From Takakia lepidozioides (lineage: Eukaryota > Plantae > Bryophyta): 64,000 bases of DNA. Each line of letters begins with the position of its first letter. The stretch's first letter is position 1. The stretch covers positions 48,484,001-48,548,000 of the forward strand of contig CM060734.1 in the NCBI GenBank assembly GCA_030704615.1. The letters run 5' to 3'. Shown in pieces: positions 1 through 13,063 of the stretch. Both the position numbers and the translations under genes were made by a program. The notes below the pieces were generated by a model, which worked only from the letters and a program-made list of their open reading frames with translations, made no database searches and was not told where the DNA came from.

Positions 1-77
1 CATACAACAGACTCAAAACTTGCTAAACATTATACCACGTATGCGCCACATCCAGGAATCTGCCGCTCATATCTTGA

Positions 78-190
78 GGACTTGATATCAAGTCGTGAGT
101 AAGGGAGCTTGCGGCCAGAATTCTTCTGATATGCGCGATGACCTGATATCAAGTTGTGAGCAGGGGAGCTTGCGGCTAGAATTCTCCTCA
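78..190. repeat. Imperfect tandem duplication, ~60-bp period (GAC(T/C)TGATATCAAGT.GTGAG..GGGAGCTTGCGGC.AGAATTCT)
   Basis: Two near-identical copies start at ~79 and ~139. Confidence 0.8.
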
Positions 191-289
191 GCCTTCAAGA
201 TGCTCGAGCTTTGAGTTGTTCTACAAGAAAAATGACGTGCGAGCCAGAAGTACGAAATGCTTAATTTCCGTCCTGCTACAAGTCAAATA

Positions 290-2670
290 TCTCACAGGTC
301 TCTCATCTATGGTACAGTACCCCTGAATCTCTTTCCAAAACTCTAGGCACCCTAAGGCTCTCCTCCGGTATAGCCTTGGTTCTGCAATCAGTTCCAGATT
401 CGTGGAGAGACATGCTCAGACAGGGCCCATCCTCTCCTTCTCTTTATCAGTGGGTGACCACACCTGATCACCACTTTCAGGTCATGTTCATAACGGAAGC
501 CTCGTTTGATAACCTGGTGGGATTCGCATTTAGGGCCCATCCTTATATGGGTGCTCTCTCGCTGCACTCATCCAACTCCATCACAATCCCATATGCAAAT
601 ACCCCATCAGCCAGAATTTGCCATTGGAACTCTAAGCTCAAAGATTTTAATCCACACCTCACATCCAACACGCAGGTTCTACCCATGGTTACGATTAGGA
701 ACCTTCATATGGATACGAAGCCAGTCCATCCAGGATCTGCAAATCGACCCGGCAGAATGGCAATGGGAATTCGGGGACAAAATTTGCTCCTTCTTCTCTT
801 ACACGGCCAAGGGAGCCTACAGAGCGATGCTGTAGGCCAAGTCTCTAACCATAAAATGGGATGACAGATGGGGCTTAATATTCCAATTTAGAGAGGAAAA
901 CTGGAAGTGCATATGGGTTCTGATTTGGGAAAAATCTAAACCCGCCAAACTCAATGCCTTTCTTTGGCAAATTGCAAATAGAGTTTTAAAGGTTGGGCAA
1001 TTTCTGAACTTCCAAGAGGCTATACTCTGCAGATGCTGCCCCATTGGGGTTATTGAGTCTTTGGAACACTGCCTTATTTTCTATAGAGGGCCGTCATCCA
1101 TCTGGCCCTTGGTATTGTCACTTTACAGGGTCTGGTCAGACACCGCTCAGGACCCTATAGCCCTCCTGCTAAATTACAACCAGACAACCAAGTCCAAGGT
1201 GTCCACATGCCCAGTATTCGAGGTTCTCCGCTCGGCAATGTTGTGGCAAATTTGGAAGGCTCGGTGCAGATGGACATTAAACAATGTCTCCTTCTCCTGT
1301 ACATAAGACCTGGTTTGTGTTTTCTATGATGTTACTATTGCAGCTAAGTTGGCTTGGCAAAAACTATGTGCAGAAGCAGACAGGAAACCGAACGAAAAAA
1401 TTCCCTCCTCGCCTCCTTCAGAGCATCTTGGGGAAGAGGAGGAATCATTTGTTGCTGCATTGATACGGACTCATGTACATGGGTAGACTCCATACCTGAA
1501 CTCTGGAAACACCGATGGAGCACCATCTTCGGCCTCCCCTGACTTGGACTCAGCAGATATAAACTGGAAGCACATAAAGAGGGGGTCTAAATCTAAGTTG
1601 ATCTTCCTCAGATAGGAATCTTCCGAGTTTCACTCCTTGGCCGTTCCGGCCCGTGCTCTTACTGTTCGTCGTTCCGTTTGGTTCCCTCTGCTCTAGGGCA
1701 CCTCTCTCTCATGGAGGTTTTCATTGCTAGGAACTAATCTTAGATTAGCTCTCTGCACTACCGTAGTGGGAAGGCTGATCCGGCACTAAATAATTAGAAA
1801 TGAATCTGCCTAATAATTAAGTGAAAATTTAGGAAAAACTGCCGAAATTCCAGAAACTTTACAAAAAAATGCCTAAAATCTCAAACAAACTCCAAATATC
1901 AAATCTCCAAATGCATGTTTCAAGGCATAAAGCTCTAGGAAAATATTTTCCTTAGCTCTGAGAAATCCTAGAATAATTGGCTGAACAATCACTGCATTTG
2001 ATGATTGACCAGATATTCTCATGGCTCTTAACAACCCACATAATTTTTATTTTATTATTTTATTATTTGAAAAAAGGGAAACACTTGGGAGCGCAAGCTC
2101 ACAAATTTGGCCCCTTAGTAGTGAGAGGAGAAAATAACCTCTTTCATTTATGCGCCATGGAGGCAAATGAGTGGGACACCGCCGGAACCATATACCACCC
2201 GTCAATAGTAAGATTTGACCCCAGAATCATCTGGGTGGCACTCAGTGCACTTAACCATCTAAGCTACTGACTTTTGGTACATAATGGTACAGTAGATAGA
2301 GCAAGTTCATGCAGGGAGTCACCGCCGAATTACTTAAATTCTCATCCTGGCATTGCCCTAAAATCTAGAAATTTCCTTAAGTTGTGCTGAAGTGTTTTGT
2401 TGTAAAGAAAATAAATATTTGGCACTTCACTGCCAGATCAGCCTTCCCAACTACGGTATGGGCAAATCTTGCAACCATAATAGAAGGGTCTACCAGGGCT
2501 GCATGCGTAGTCAGGTCTATTTCTTACCCAGTTCACTGATCGTTGGAATCTCCAGCACAGTCCTTGTGTTAAGCCTCATGGCAATATGTAAGGGTTTAAT
2601 TTTTTTCCCTTTTTAAATAAATTTCCAGGGCCTCTCATCCCTGTTGGTTAAATATATATATATATACATA
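290..2670 (+). mobile_element. Degenerate L1-clade LINE 3' fragment (ORF2 C-terminus with zf-RVT region plus 3' UTR), interrupted by a MITE
   Basis: Translation from ~900 gives WKCIWVLIWEKSKPAKLNAFLWQIANRVLKVG...LCRCC...ESLEHCL...LWQIWKARC, the plant L1 zf-RVT pattern, with stops and frameshifts. It ends in AATAAA (2616), a CAGGG..CCCTG hairpin and a (TA)n tail. Confidence 0.8.
1761..2456. mobile_element. Non-autonomous Tc1/mariner-superfamily (pogo/Tc2-like) MITE
   Basis: Terminal inverted repeats of ~25 bp: CCGTAGTGGGAAGGCTGATCCGGCA versus the reverse complement of TGCCAGATCAGCCTTCCCAACTACGG. TA flanks both ends (1759-1760, 2457-2458). The interior is AT-rich with no recognisable transposase. 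Confidence 0.85.
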
Positions 2671-5626
2671 GAAAATAAGGTGTCCTTCATGTCAAGGCCC
2701 GGGTGAGCAAGGGGACGAGAGTTCTCCTGAGCCTTCAATAGACACTAAGTGAGCTTTGAATCGATCTGTACATAAGAAAACGTGCCGGCCATAGGAACAA
2801 AATGCTCATCTAATGAACCAGGAACAAAATGCTCATTAGCATGATAATGAAACGGGAACATCTTGCTAGCCTCGCAAATTCTGAAATCGAAGGGTCCACG
2901 TAACTTAAGGGATGGAGAAGGAAGAGTGGGTGGAAGGCATGGCGGCAGCGTGCAGGACCGCCGGGCGTGTGGCCGCAGACCGCAACCCCGTAGCGCCGGC
3001 ACGGTAGCGCGTGTCATGCTCACTCCGACCACACTCGCCTGAGTTTCGGTGCGGTGAAAACCAATAAAAACGAGCCACATCATATCCACGTCAGAGAATT
3101 ATTCATTTCCAGCGTGGAAAGGCTAGGATGAAACGAGCGGCAGCTGGTCAAAGTCACGAGGACTATCGAACGCGGCCCCCAAATGACCGCAAGGCCCGGT
3201 GCTTGGGTGACTGTCAGTTATCATTCGCACATGGTGTGCGCTGACGAAGAACGTGGATGTCAGGTCGAAAAGTAAACGAGAACACCCGACGTCGTCCTTC
3301 TCCTCTTGTCTTTCCGTCGATTGAATATAGTACCATCCAAGTTTCTGGATGTATGAAGCAACTATTCATTTATTCCTTCTAGGTTCATCCAATTGTCTTG
3401 TTCAATGGCTGCTTCGGGATGTGAAATGTCAACCATGGTTAGGCGACCGGGAACTGGGTGACCGGCCAGCAGTCGTTTTCCGTGTCTGACGCTCTCCGCT
3501 GTCTCGCTTTCCTCTCCTTCACAAAGCTGAGAGGAAGGTAGTCGTAGATGTGAAGCACGCCTCGCAATTGCCTCATCGGTGTCTGCAGTGTGAAGTGATT
3601 AGTGAGATTGCTCGAAGAATACGGAGAGTTTTGGAGACTTGATGTTAGCATTTTGATGTCGGTTTGAGCTTTCGAGTGGAGATTGAAGGCCGGGGGAGTG
3701 CTGGGCCCGGACTGAGGCTGGCAGAGCGGAAGGTATTTTTTTCTTGGGCCTTGGGGAGAGAGAAAGAGAGAGGACGCACAAGAACTTCTTGGATTAGAGG
3801 AAAGGAAGGGAAGGAGGTAGAAGAAGTGGTTGTGGCATTTCTAGGAAGATTCTGGTCTTGGTCATTCAAACGTTTGTTTGTGGGAGGGAGATAGATTGAT
3901 TCAATGTATGGTTTTGGGCTTCCTCTTCTTTTTTAACTGGTTGGAGCGATTTATATTCTTGAGGAAATTAGTTTTGCGATTCTTGTCAGAGGACCTTTTC
4001 AAAAAATCTTATTGATCCCACTGCCCAGAGAGAATGTCTTTCAAGAACTCTGGTTTCTGGCTAACATAGGCATTTCATGCCCTGTAATTCATTTCAATCA
4101 TGGTATGAAAGCATCAAGGCTTCCGCCTATGTTTCACACGCTTGAGGGAGAAAAGAGAAACGTCAGCATTGCTACGCAGTCAGCGAATCTTGAAGTTACC
4201 CCCGTCTTCCTGCCTCAGTCTCGGGCACTCAGTAGGTTGCATTCTTTGTGACTGCAGGTATTTGTGGAGGGGATTTTGGACATTAAGATATATTTTCGTT
4301 CAGAAGTAGGAATTAGGAGACATTCATCCGAGGGATTTGGTGGAGGCGTTGAAAAAGAGCTCCGCAATCTGAGCGAGGAGGTCGAGAGGGGGAATGGAAT
4401 GTCTTGCACGAGGGGCTGCGACATGGCAAGGAGTGGCGGGCAGTGCCTGCTGTAGCTACTCTTATCTCGGAAATTCGACCTCTGAAGTCTCACCATCTCT
4501 TGCCAGGTACCAATTTCCTACTTCGATGGGCTATGGGAATATATGGGACAAAGAAAAGCGTGGTGGTAGAGGGACCATTTTGTTGGATTTCCCTTTTCTA
4601 TGGCTGGTTGAATAGGCTAGCAAGCGGCGGGGTAGGTGAAGGTTACTACTGGATGACCCTCAGAGTGTTCAACCTGAGGGTGGAACCTGGGTTAGTAAAT
4701 TCAAATGTCTCGGCGTCAGTGGATATTGTCTGTTACCTCGATCTCAGAACGACAAACTACTCTTGTGGGGCTCTCAGTTACAATGGCTTCTTGGCTGGAA
4801 GGCTGCAGAAGGTAGTATAATGAAGTCCTGGGGGGTTGGTGGAGGTTTGGACTTACTACAGTCATTGGTTTCACAGTGAGGCAACGTTGATTTAGGCACA
4901 TGGATGACCTTGCAGCGATTTTTGCTTATTATGGATCTGTTATCTAAGATTGATATTGATTGCAGGGTGCGAGCATTGGGGGTAACATCAGCCACACAAC
5001 GGTGCCTTAGGACAGGTGTGCCCAGTTTTTCCTTTTGGCTGTTGGGCTGTTGGGCTGTTGATGTGACGCAAGTGATTAATCAATAAAACTAACGTTTATG
5101 GAATGGGATTCTATCATGCACATGAAAGTGTGATAGTGGAAATCCAAAGAATTGGATGTGATAAGCTTAGGAATCTGGATCTTGCTTGCTTGGAAACCAA
5201 AGATGGTTCATTCTCCCGGAGTTTAAGCCAGTATCAATGATTTTTCCTTCCTTTGTTTTCGGTGGAGTGTGGTGGGTCAGTGTTTGTAGTTGGTATCATA
5301 GCATTAAAGGCCTGCAATGTCTGTGTATTGTTCTCCAAGTGATGAATTATGAAAATTCAATGAGCCCATCAATTGAAGAGTGTTAATTGGCCCACCAATG
5401 AAATACCAGACTTCCAATTAAATCCCAGGCAGTAGCATTTTCTCTTTCAGTGGTTTGGAGAGCCTGGCTCATTTGCAGAGGAGAAAATAGAGAGGGAAAG
5501 TCCAGAAATCTTTGTTGGCTTCTGAATTTCTGGGCTTTCCCAATGCTTCATGGTTACTAATTTTACCAGTTTGAATCTGTCCTCACTCTTTTTGTTACTT
5601 TTGCAGCATGTGGAGAAGGATTGGAG

Positions 5627-6648
5627 ATGCAGTATTCTGGCAACCCATTTAGACAGAAATTTGGACACTCTTCTTCGAGGAGGAAAGCTCTTAGAGCAAT
5701 AAAGGCAGTGTGTGCTGTCCATACAGAAGCAACAACAAGTGCGGATCTGACCAGAATTGTTGTCCCTTGCCTCAATCAACCATGTGGGCCCAAACCGGGA
5801 ACAGGGAGTTGCAAGCAGCTTGAACGATGGATAGAGGGTTCTGTCTTGGAGGTGTGTACCCGCTCTTTTGTTATGTTGCTACCTCTTGTATGTGTGTGCT
5901 TGCTTTCACTAAATGTTCTTGCATGATGAGTGGTATGTGAGAGAGAGACAGGGTGCCTACGTACGTTTTGGTGAAATTCTATACATTGGATTGTATAAAC
6001 AATTGAACTATGTTGGCTGCTTGGGTCCTCACCTTGTCCTTCTCTCTCGCATGTTCAGCTCATCAATCTCAAAGCATTGTAGACACTCTATTCTCTGTTT
6101 GCTCTGTGGTACTTGTTGTATGTTAGGTCTCTATCTCACCACAATGTACACTGAGCCACCATCAGAGGCTGACCGTTTATGAATGTGTGCACATGCAGAT
6201 TGTAAGACACTTGCAGGAGGCTCCTTTCTTGCATTTTGTGTTTGATACAAAGAGTACATCAGGGAAACCTGAATGGCAGAGGGTTTCAGAAGACCTCTTT
6301 GACAAGCCTGACTGTTGGCCCCAATTACGAGACTCTCTGTTGGAAATTGCACCTGATGGAGTGATTTTAGTGCAACGATTAGACGAAGAGAACCTGAATA
6401 GTTGTTCATGCATTGGGGAGCCCGCTGAGATCGGAAACGACTCTATCACCATGGCAGCTGATGGGTCTGGTACCACTGACACATGGGGGGTGTTGGTGCA
6501 AGCTCGCTGTGTCCGACTAAACGCCTGCTACTTACTGAAGACAACACGGGTCCTATCAACTACTGGAGCTTGCACAAGGTTCTGTTTGGTACGGGCTAAA
6601 TGTTTTGGGCCTTCGCTTTCTTCTCAGCTTGAGAATGTCTGGTTGTAG
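5627..6648 (+). CDS. Conserved plant uncharacterised protein, probably plastid-targeted; exons 5627-5851 and 6199-6648
   Basis: A GT-AG intron (5852-6198) joins LERWIEGSVLE to IVRHLQEAPFLHFV...PDGVILVQRL...TWGVLVQ...CYLLKTTRV...CTRFCLVRA in frame. The N-terminus is Ser/Arg-rich, like a transit peptide. Upstream 5' UTR exons are probable (~3.4-4.5 kb), and the start codon is uncertain. Confidence 0.75.
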
Positions 6649-9343
6649 TTTAGAGAGCCCACCCTTGAAGAATGAGGGAATTACTCCCATGTAGAGGAAA
6701 GAAGGTTTTTATTCCTTCTCTTTGAAAATCTGGTGCACAAAAGTGTGCACCACAGAAAAAGCAATGATTTGTGCCATAATGATTTGTGCCATAAGTCCCC
6801 AAACATGTTCCGAGTTTGAGGCTAGTTCATGGACAGCCATGATCCTCTGGATGCAGGAACAATTGTACCATAATTGGTTATGTCTCCATTGAAACAAAAT
6901 AACAAGCACTCTTTTGATCTGACTTGTCACTTGCCTATCTTGTAAGTCCATATTCGGGAATCATGTGCCCTTCCATCCCATTTCTATGGTTGATCGGGAG
7001 TGGTGTGGTGTGTAAGTATTTCGACAATGTAAACCACCCCTTCTATTCTCGGGGATGTTCTGCAAATCGATGGATGTTGAACCTCTCTTCCTTTCTTCTT
7101 TCTGAACTGTTCTTACATTTAACATTTGTAGTACTCAATGTGCCGTGATGTAGTGACCAGCAAATTACGTTGTATCTCCTACGTTACTCAATCCAGAGGG
7201 CTCTTCATATGGGTATTTAGAATACAGATTGGATTACTGTCCTTAGCTCGCAGGCCTCTCTAGAGCTCGGGGGGCGTCCATGAAGAGGTGGTCGCCAATG
7301 GGATTTTGTTGAAGCAGTTTGGTCAATTCACAACCAAGGAGTGATGTCGATTTGGATGTCGAATTTTGTGTGCTTTTTGTTCCAATTAGGGTTTAAAGTG
7401 GGGGGCTCTTTATTCTTGTTTATCTTCTGCAGCGACTCCGGTAGAGATCTTGATGACCCAGAGGGCTGCGAAAAAGTGTGCTCTTTTTTCTTTCTTTAGC
7501 TGTGTTGTGTATGCAATCTGATTGATTCCAGAATTGAAGCGAAGTTCCAAGGGTGATGGAAGATCGCGGCCAAGTAAGAGCGTCAGTGAAATCACGGCTG
7601 CCTCAATGGAAAGACAAGGTTGCCTTTCTGATTATCTGCTCTTTTCCTTTAATTGTGACCTGCAGAACACCTGTATGGCATGCAGCTAGCCTTCCTTAGG
7701 GTCTACGAAGTGTGCACTTTTGCAATGGCCTATAGGCTGTATGCTCGTTGATGTCCAATGAGAACTTTTCTTGTATGCGTGTAATTGTTCAATGGCCCAG
7801 GAAATCTGTTTTTGGTATCCAAGAAAGTGTTAGGGTGTGATTGAATGGGCAGAGCAGAAGCTATTTGTTGTGGCATTCCTATTGTTGTAATAATCACCAA
7901 TTGATGTTCTTAAAAGTTCTTGCTGTTGCTCTTCCAGTTGAAGGAGGTATGCCTGCAGAGTGTGCAGCATGAAAGGAGACAATTGATGTGGAATCCGGTG
8001 TGGAGGCCCCTCTTCTCCAACATTCGGTGCCAATAACAATAAGGTTGACGAGTTGCCTCGTCATGTCCAACTGATTCTGAATGTTACCCTTGCACTACCC
8101 TTCCTCAGTATCTGTCCACTCACTGCTGAAGTTTTGACAAAAGTGAATCTGGTTATATGAATAAACATTCTACCACTTTTCTCTAGGCTATGGAGAAAAT
8201 AATGTCCCTGATTCTGTTTTTAGCTTGTCCCCCCTGTGGGGAAGGCCCTGCATTCATGAAGGGCTTGATTTGAACTTCCCTAGAAGTTGTATGAATCACT
8301 CCCTAGATCTGAGTCAACCCTCGAGAGAGGAAGAGAGAGCCTGACTTGCCGTTATCCTGGGCGCAAGTTAGGAGGTTGTCTCAGCATTTGGGTACATTGT
8401 TGCTGATGAGCTCAATAAAGTAAACCGAAAATCAGTGAATGGTGAGGATCCTCAGAAGGAGGGTGGGCATGATGCTGTACCCCAAGAACAGGATGCAGAT
8501 ATGATGATTTCGGAGTGTGAGCTGATGACATCAAAGATGTCATCGGAGCTAGCAAATGAAGACTACGAGGAGCTCATGTTGGCTACAAAGCCACACCCTG
8601 AGAACTATAACTTTGAATATTCAAGTGAAAAGATGAAAAGATCAACTTTTTATGACTATGCAAGTGTAAAGAAGAAATGATCGACTTTTCGCGACTATGC
8701 AAGTGAAAAGAAGAAGGCTACGTACCTAGATGCAGCGCCAACCCACAGTGAATTCCCAAGTTTTTCCCTGTAACACTCTTCCGTCTGCACCAGGGCACAC
8801 CTCAAACGAGCCACCAGACAGGGGTATGTAGCCTCAGCATGGGCAGCTACACCGTAGTTCCATCCGCGCTCCCCAACTGCGGGCAGCTTCCAAGGGATCC
8901 TGCCATGCCACAAGCATGGCACCAGGCCAGCTTGTCGCTGCATCCCACTAATTCTCTGCATGCTGCCAGATGCATCGAACCGGTACAGAGGAGGCGGAGG
9001 CAGAATGAGAGGAAGACAATAGAAGCTCTTTTTCTGGGGAAGAACAGGCTGTGCAGAGCAGAGGGTCCAAGCAGCAATAGGTCTGAGTGGGGCACAACAG
9101 ATGTGTGAGTAGGGGATCCTACTCCGCAAGCCCACCCAGACAAGTGAATCTACAATGTCGTCCCAAGGCTTTCTCGAGTTCTGCGATCGAATGTTGTCAT
9201 CAGCCCAATGCCTCCACAGCTAATCCTCTCTAAGATTGAAGTGAGCTCACACATCCGAGCATAACTTACAAGCTCCCCTTTGCACATTACTCAAATTTTA
9301 CATATTTGACCTTACTAGTGAGCTGTACTAACCATACAACACA

Positions 9344-11336
9344 TCATGAATGTGACACAACTGTCACAATCAATCTATCTTCTTCCTCCTGCTCAAAACC
9401 TCCCTCCCCATCACTTGGCAAGTCACCATAATCATGATCAGCCTCTTCCTCTTCTTCTTCCTCTTCAGCCTGATCTGCATTAGGTCTCTTAGATAAGCTA
9501 ATTGCTTGTGCAGAGTCTTCCACAGCTGATCCACCTGCACCACCAAAGATAGGGCCTTATTCTCATCTGACTTAAGTAGGGCAACGGTCCTAATGAACCC
9601 AACATGGAACTTGCAAACAGCCTGCAGGAAGGTGAAAACCACAAGGAACTTAACCTTCTTCGTCTGTTACCCGAAACCTGATGCGCCTGCCTTTAACATA
9701 CCGATACTCCCACCTTGTTGGAGCATATCTTTTTAGCACCTCTGCTTGCCTTTTCAGTAACCCCAGGCGCTCGTATGTGCGTGCCACCCGCTCCACAGTG
9801 CCCTCGTCAGGCCTCACCTCTAAATCCTCCATGTCCGCAAACACCTTGACATTTCAACCCTTCATAGATTAGCTGATTTGTTCCTCAGAAATTACCAATC
9901 TGATGCAACCACTTTGAGGATTCCATCTATAGTGTTTACAGACAAATTGCTCAAGGCAAGTACCTGGAGTAGTCGTTTGGGCTGGTTATGGTGCTCATAC
10001 ATGGCCATCACTCGACCAAACATTGTGCGCGGGATACACTCCATATGTTCTGTTAATAACTTCTCCCATAAGGCTTCTGCTTCCTCCACTCGGCCCTCCT
10101 CATCAAAGGCCCGCAGCAGCTGCAGGTATGTGCCCATTGTCTTCCCTTGCCCTTTGCTGAACATCCATTTGCTCACCTGTCATGTTGGTCAATCCATCAG
10201 CGCACAATTGCTTGGCACCATCTTAACCCAAGCCCGGAATCCACCGGTTCTGCAGAAAATAACCCCACATCTGCAACTGGTGTACCTTCCTTAGTTTAAG
10301 ACCACTATATTTCTGAGTCTATTCTAAAACAGCACGTGCGTTGCACCTGCCATTGCCACAGTTTGTGTGCACTTTAATAGAACCTCCAAAGTACAACACA
10401 ACTCCAACCCCCACATGTATAACAACTGCTTGTTGTACGGAGTTGTGACAGGACAAGTGTTGATTGCTCTCTGACTGCAGCAACTTTGAATGTCACGTTC
10501 ACTGAGCTAAAAACAAGTCAAGTGCAAGCATAGGCACCACAAGATGGCACCTGGATCACTCGTCTCCATTGCTTCTCTCCTTGCAAAACTGTCAAAGCTT
10601 TTTTTACAGCCACCAGTGGGAACTCCAGCTCCCATGCACTCCAAGCATCAAGTGCACCATACACTTCCTCCTTCACATTTGACAGTGCTGCTATCTGGCC
10701 CACAACCCAAATATCAGAAAGACAAAATTGGTACCATCCTCTACCCTACAAACCATTTGGAGCTAGTTGGTAGTGCAAATGTTTCCTAGAAAATATGGCA
10801 TCTCTCAGGAGCACACTATACTATAAATACACTGTCTCTGACAAACCATCCACTCAAGACACTTGCAAAAGAGGAATACTCAGTTGAGGAGAACTTCGAG
10901 CTACTTGCCAGGTTTAGCAGCTTCTGAGACTTGACCACGGTACCTCTCCTTTGCTTGGTATTCCATTGGCGCGGTCTCCGTTGGCGTGGTCCTCCTGCAA
11001 AGCACACCTGCTTTGCACCACCATCATTACCCTCTCCTCCATACAGTCCTACGCTGCTATGTTCCATGAAATAATAGTCGTTACCAGTTTTCTCAGTATT
11101 CTCTTTTCCAAAGAACAACACCTACTGTTAGATGTGTTGGAGCCTCTATGTGAGAATCACATCCAACATTCTTGTTCTTCACTTGCAATTATTCAGATGA
11201 CCTTGCTTCGATTGCAAATAGCTGAAAAAGAGGCCTCTGCCAATTACCAACTCAGGGAAACAGTCTTAAGACCAACCTGTTCTTCATGTGTCAGGCTTGA
11301 ACTTATACAAGTGCTCACACAACCTTGCATCACCAG
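9344..11336 (-). CDS. EMB1417: P-class pentatricopeptide repeat protein, EMB1417/At4g21190-like
   Basis: Exons 11007-10909, 10694-10551, 10176-9964, 9844-9655 and 9534-9344 splice in frame. They give [95 protein letters not shown] plus an acidic tail. The 5' exon (candidate 11336-11277) is uncertain. Confidence 0.85.
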
Positions 11337-11859
11337 CTATTAAAAGAAAAAGGGGTCTCAAGGTTAAGAAAAGAAAGGGCCAGTGAGGGGCACACCCAGG
11401 AGCCCTGCCTGCGATACTCAATGACACCTAGTTGAAGCCGGCCTTGGATTTGGTCTCGCTCATATACAGCCCTCTTCTCTGTCCTCCCCACACAAATCCA
11501 TAATAATCACCAAAATGAGTGGTGCGGGACAAGTCTTCCTTCTGCAGCACTTTCCTCCCTGCATGATTAGGGGCAGGGATGCAATGCAGTATCAAGAGCA
11601 ATCAAGAGCAAAGTTATGCGGGAAACCTGAGGCCAATCGAGCAATGCATATACCCCTCACACCATTACCACTCAAACCAAAGCAACTCGCTTAGGGCATA
11701 CCAGCTAAGCTCGATCCCGCTCGCTGGAGTAAGATACAAAGAGAAGACCAACATACTCCAGGTCCTACCTGTCCAGCCCTTACTCAAAGATTTTGCCGCA
11801 ACACCCGCTCTCAGATTTAGACACTACTCACTTAAGTCGCAGTAGGACCGCAAAGCCAC

Positions 11860-12213
11860 TCTAACACCTCAAAAGTAACAACCCACGACCTCTTCAGCAC
11901 CTGGACAGACAGCGGAATCTTCCAGCAGAACTTAGCGATGAGAATCCAGCGTACCAAGGAAAGATTGGTACCTGCAATACGCAGTAACCGGCTTAGAGAT
12001 TTCGGAAATCACCACCGTATCGACCACCTTGTCAACGTCCTTCAAAATCGATGGATTCAGCACAACCTGGGTATCAATTTCTGCTCGCAACCCCACAGCG
12101 GGCATCCTCACAGCAGAAGGCGGTGCCCGAGACTGCCTCAATGCCGCACCCCGAAAGGAAGACGCAGCCGATGCGCAAGACAGCACCCCATTTGCTTCCA
12201 CTAGAGCTGCCAT
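11860..12213 (-). pseudogene. NEET: NEET (CDGSH iron-sulfur protein) homolog, truncated
   Basis: Exon 1 (12213-11972) encodes a transit peptide plus LNPSILKDVDKVVDTVVISEISKPVTAYCR, typical of plant NEET. After a 71-nt GT-AG intron, exon 2 reads C-STOP-RGRGLLLLR instead of CWRS..FPLCDGSH..VGPLLLK. Confidence 0.75.
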
Positions 12214-12877
12214 TGCCAAAGCCCAACAACGCGCGAATCCGAAACAGGCAAGACGAGCACCAGCCTCCTGCCTAGATTACCGTGAAAGAGGTTATTTTTC
12301 TCGGAAAAGACTTGGGATAAACCTGCAGCCTAAACCCTACAGGAGAGAAATGCCGGCAGTGTGTCGTGCTTGAAGCTCGAGCTGTTTGCAGCCATGGCCA
12401 CGCTGCACTGCCTGTCCGTCCCTTCGTCTCCTGCAGCTTTACATCTGAATGCACCTCTTCGGGAAGAAGTAAGAAGTCGGTCTGATTTGTCTCTCTCGTT
12501 TCCCGCAAGGTTGCACGTTGCGAGTAGTCGCATGCGGTGCAATGTGAAAAGCCTGTCCGTGAGGAGAAGCAGGCCGTGTATTACGATGGGGGGCGGTTGA
12601 GTCTTACGATGCCTCATTCCAGCTTCAGCCAGAGGTGCGCGTTCTTCTTTTCGGCATCTCTTCAATTTGCAGAACTTGTTTGATGAAACCTGCATGCCTT
12701 CAGTTCGGAAGGAAGGTGGACATTGGTGTGCATTCCACCCATGCTCAAATCAATTTTTATGGTGAAATCTTTGTATGTACTGGTGATTACACCATAAGGA
12801 AAAATGCGAAAGCGGAACGTCAGTGCAGCGCATTGGCAACGTTTCTCGCATTGGACTGCTAACGCACTACCCTCGCC

Positions 12878-12901
12878 CTCTCTCTCTCTCTCTCTCTCTC
12901 T
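12878..12901. repeat. (CT)n microsatellite
   Basis: About 12 CT units. Confidence 0.9.
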
Positions 12902-13063
12902 AGAGATGAGCCTAAAGGCCTGGCCCTGTTGGGTCTAATTGCTGGGCAGCTCACACAGAGCAAGTTGATGCTTTGTGAAGGGCTTTCTAGAGGATATCTG
13001 GAAAACCCGAACTAATTGTCTTTACCAAGGGTAATCACACCCTCGCTTAGGTAGCATCTATTT

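Noticed and set aside
7250-9250. Possible plus-strand gene (acidic ORF 8435-8680, 39-bp tandem duplication at 8640-8717)
   Set aside because: I found no recognisable domain or consistent spliced reading frame. It may be a decayed gene, but this cannot be supported.
11007-11972. In-frame NEET transit peptide-PPR chimeric protein
   Set aside because: NEET exon 1 ends in phase 2. The acceptors I tested (11900, ~11569, 11336, 11007) give stops or the wrong frame.
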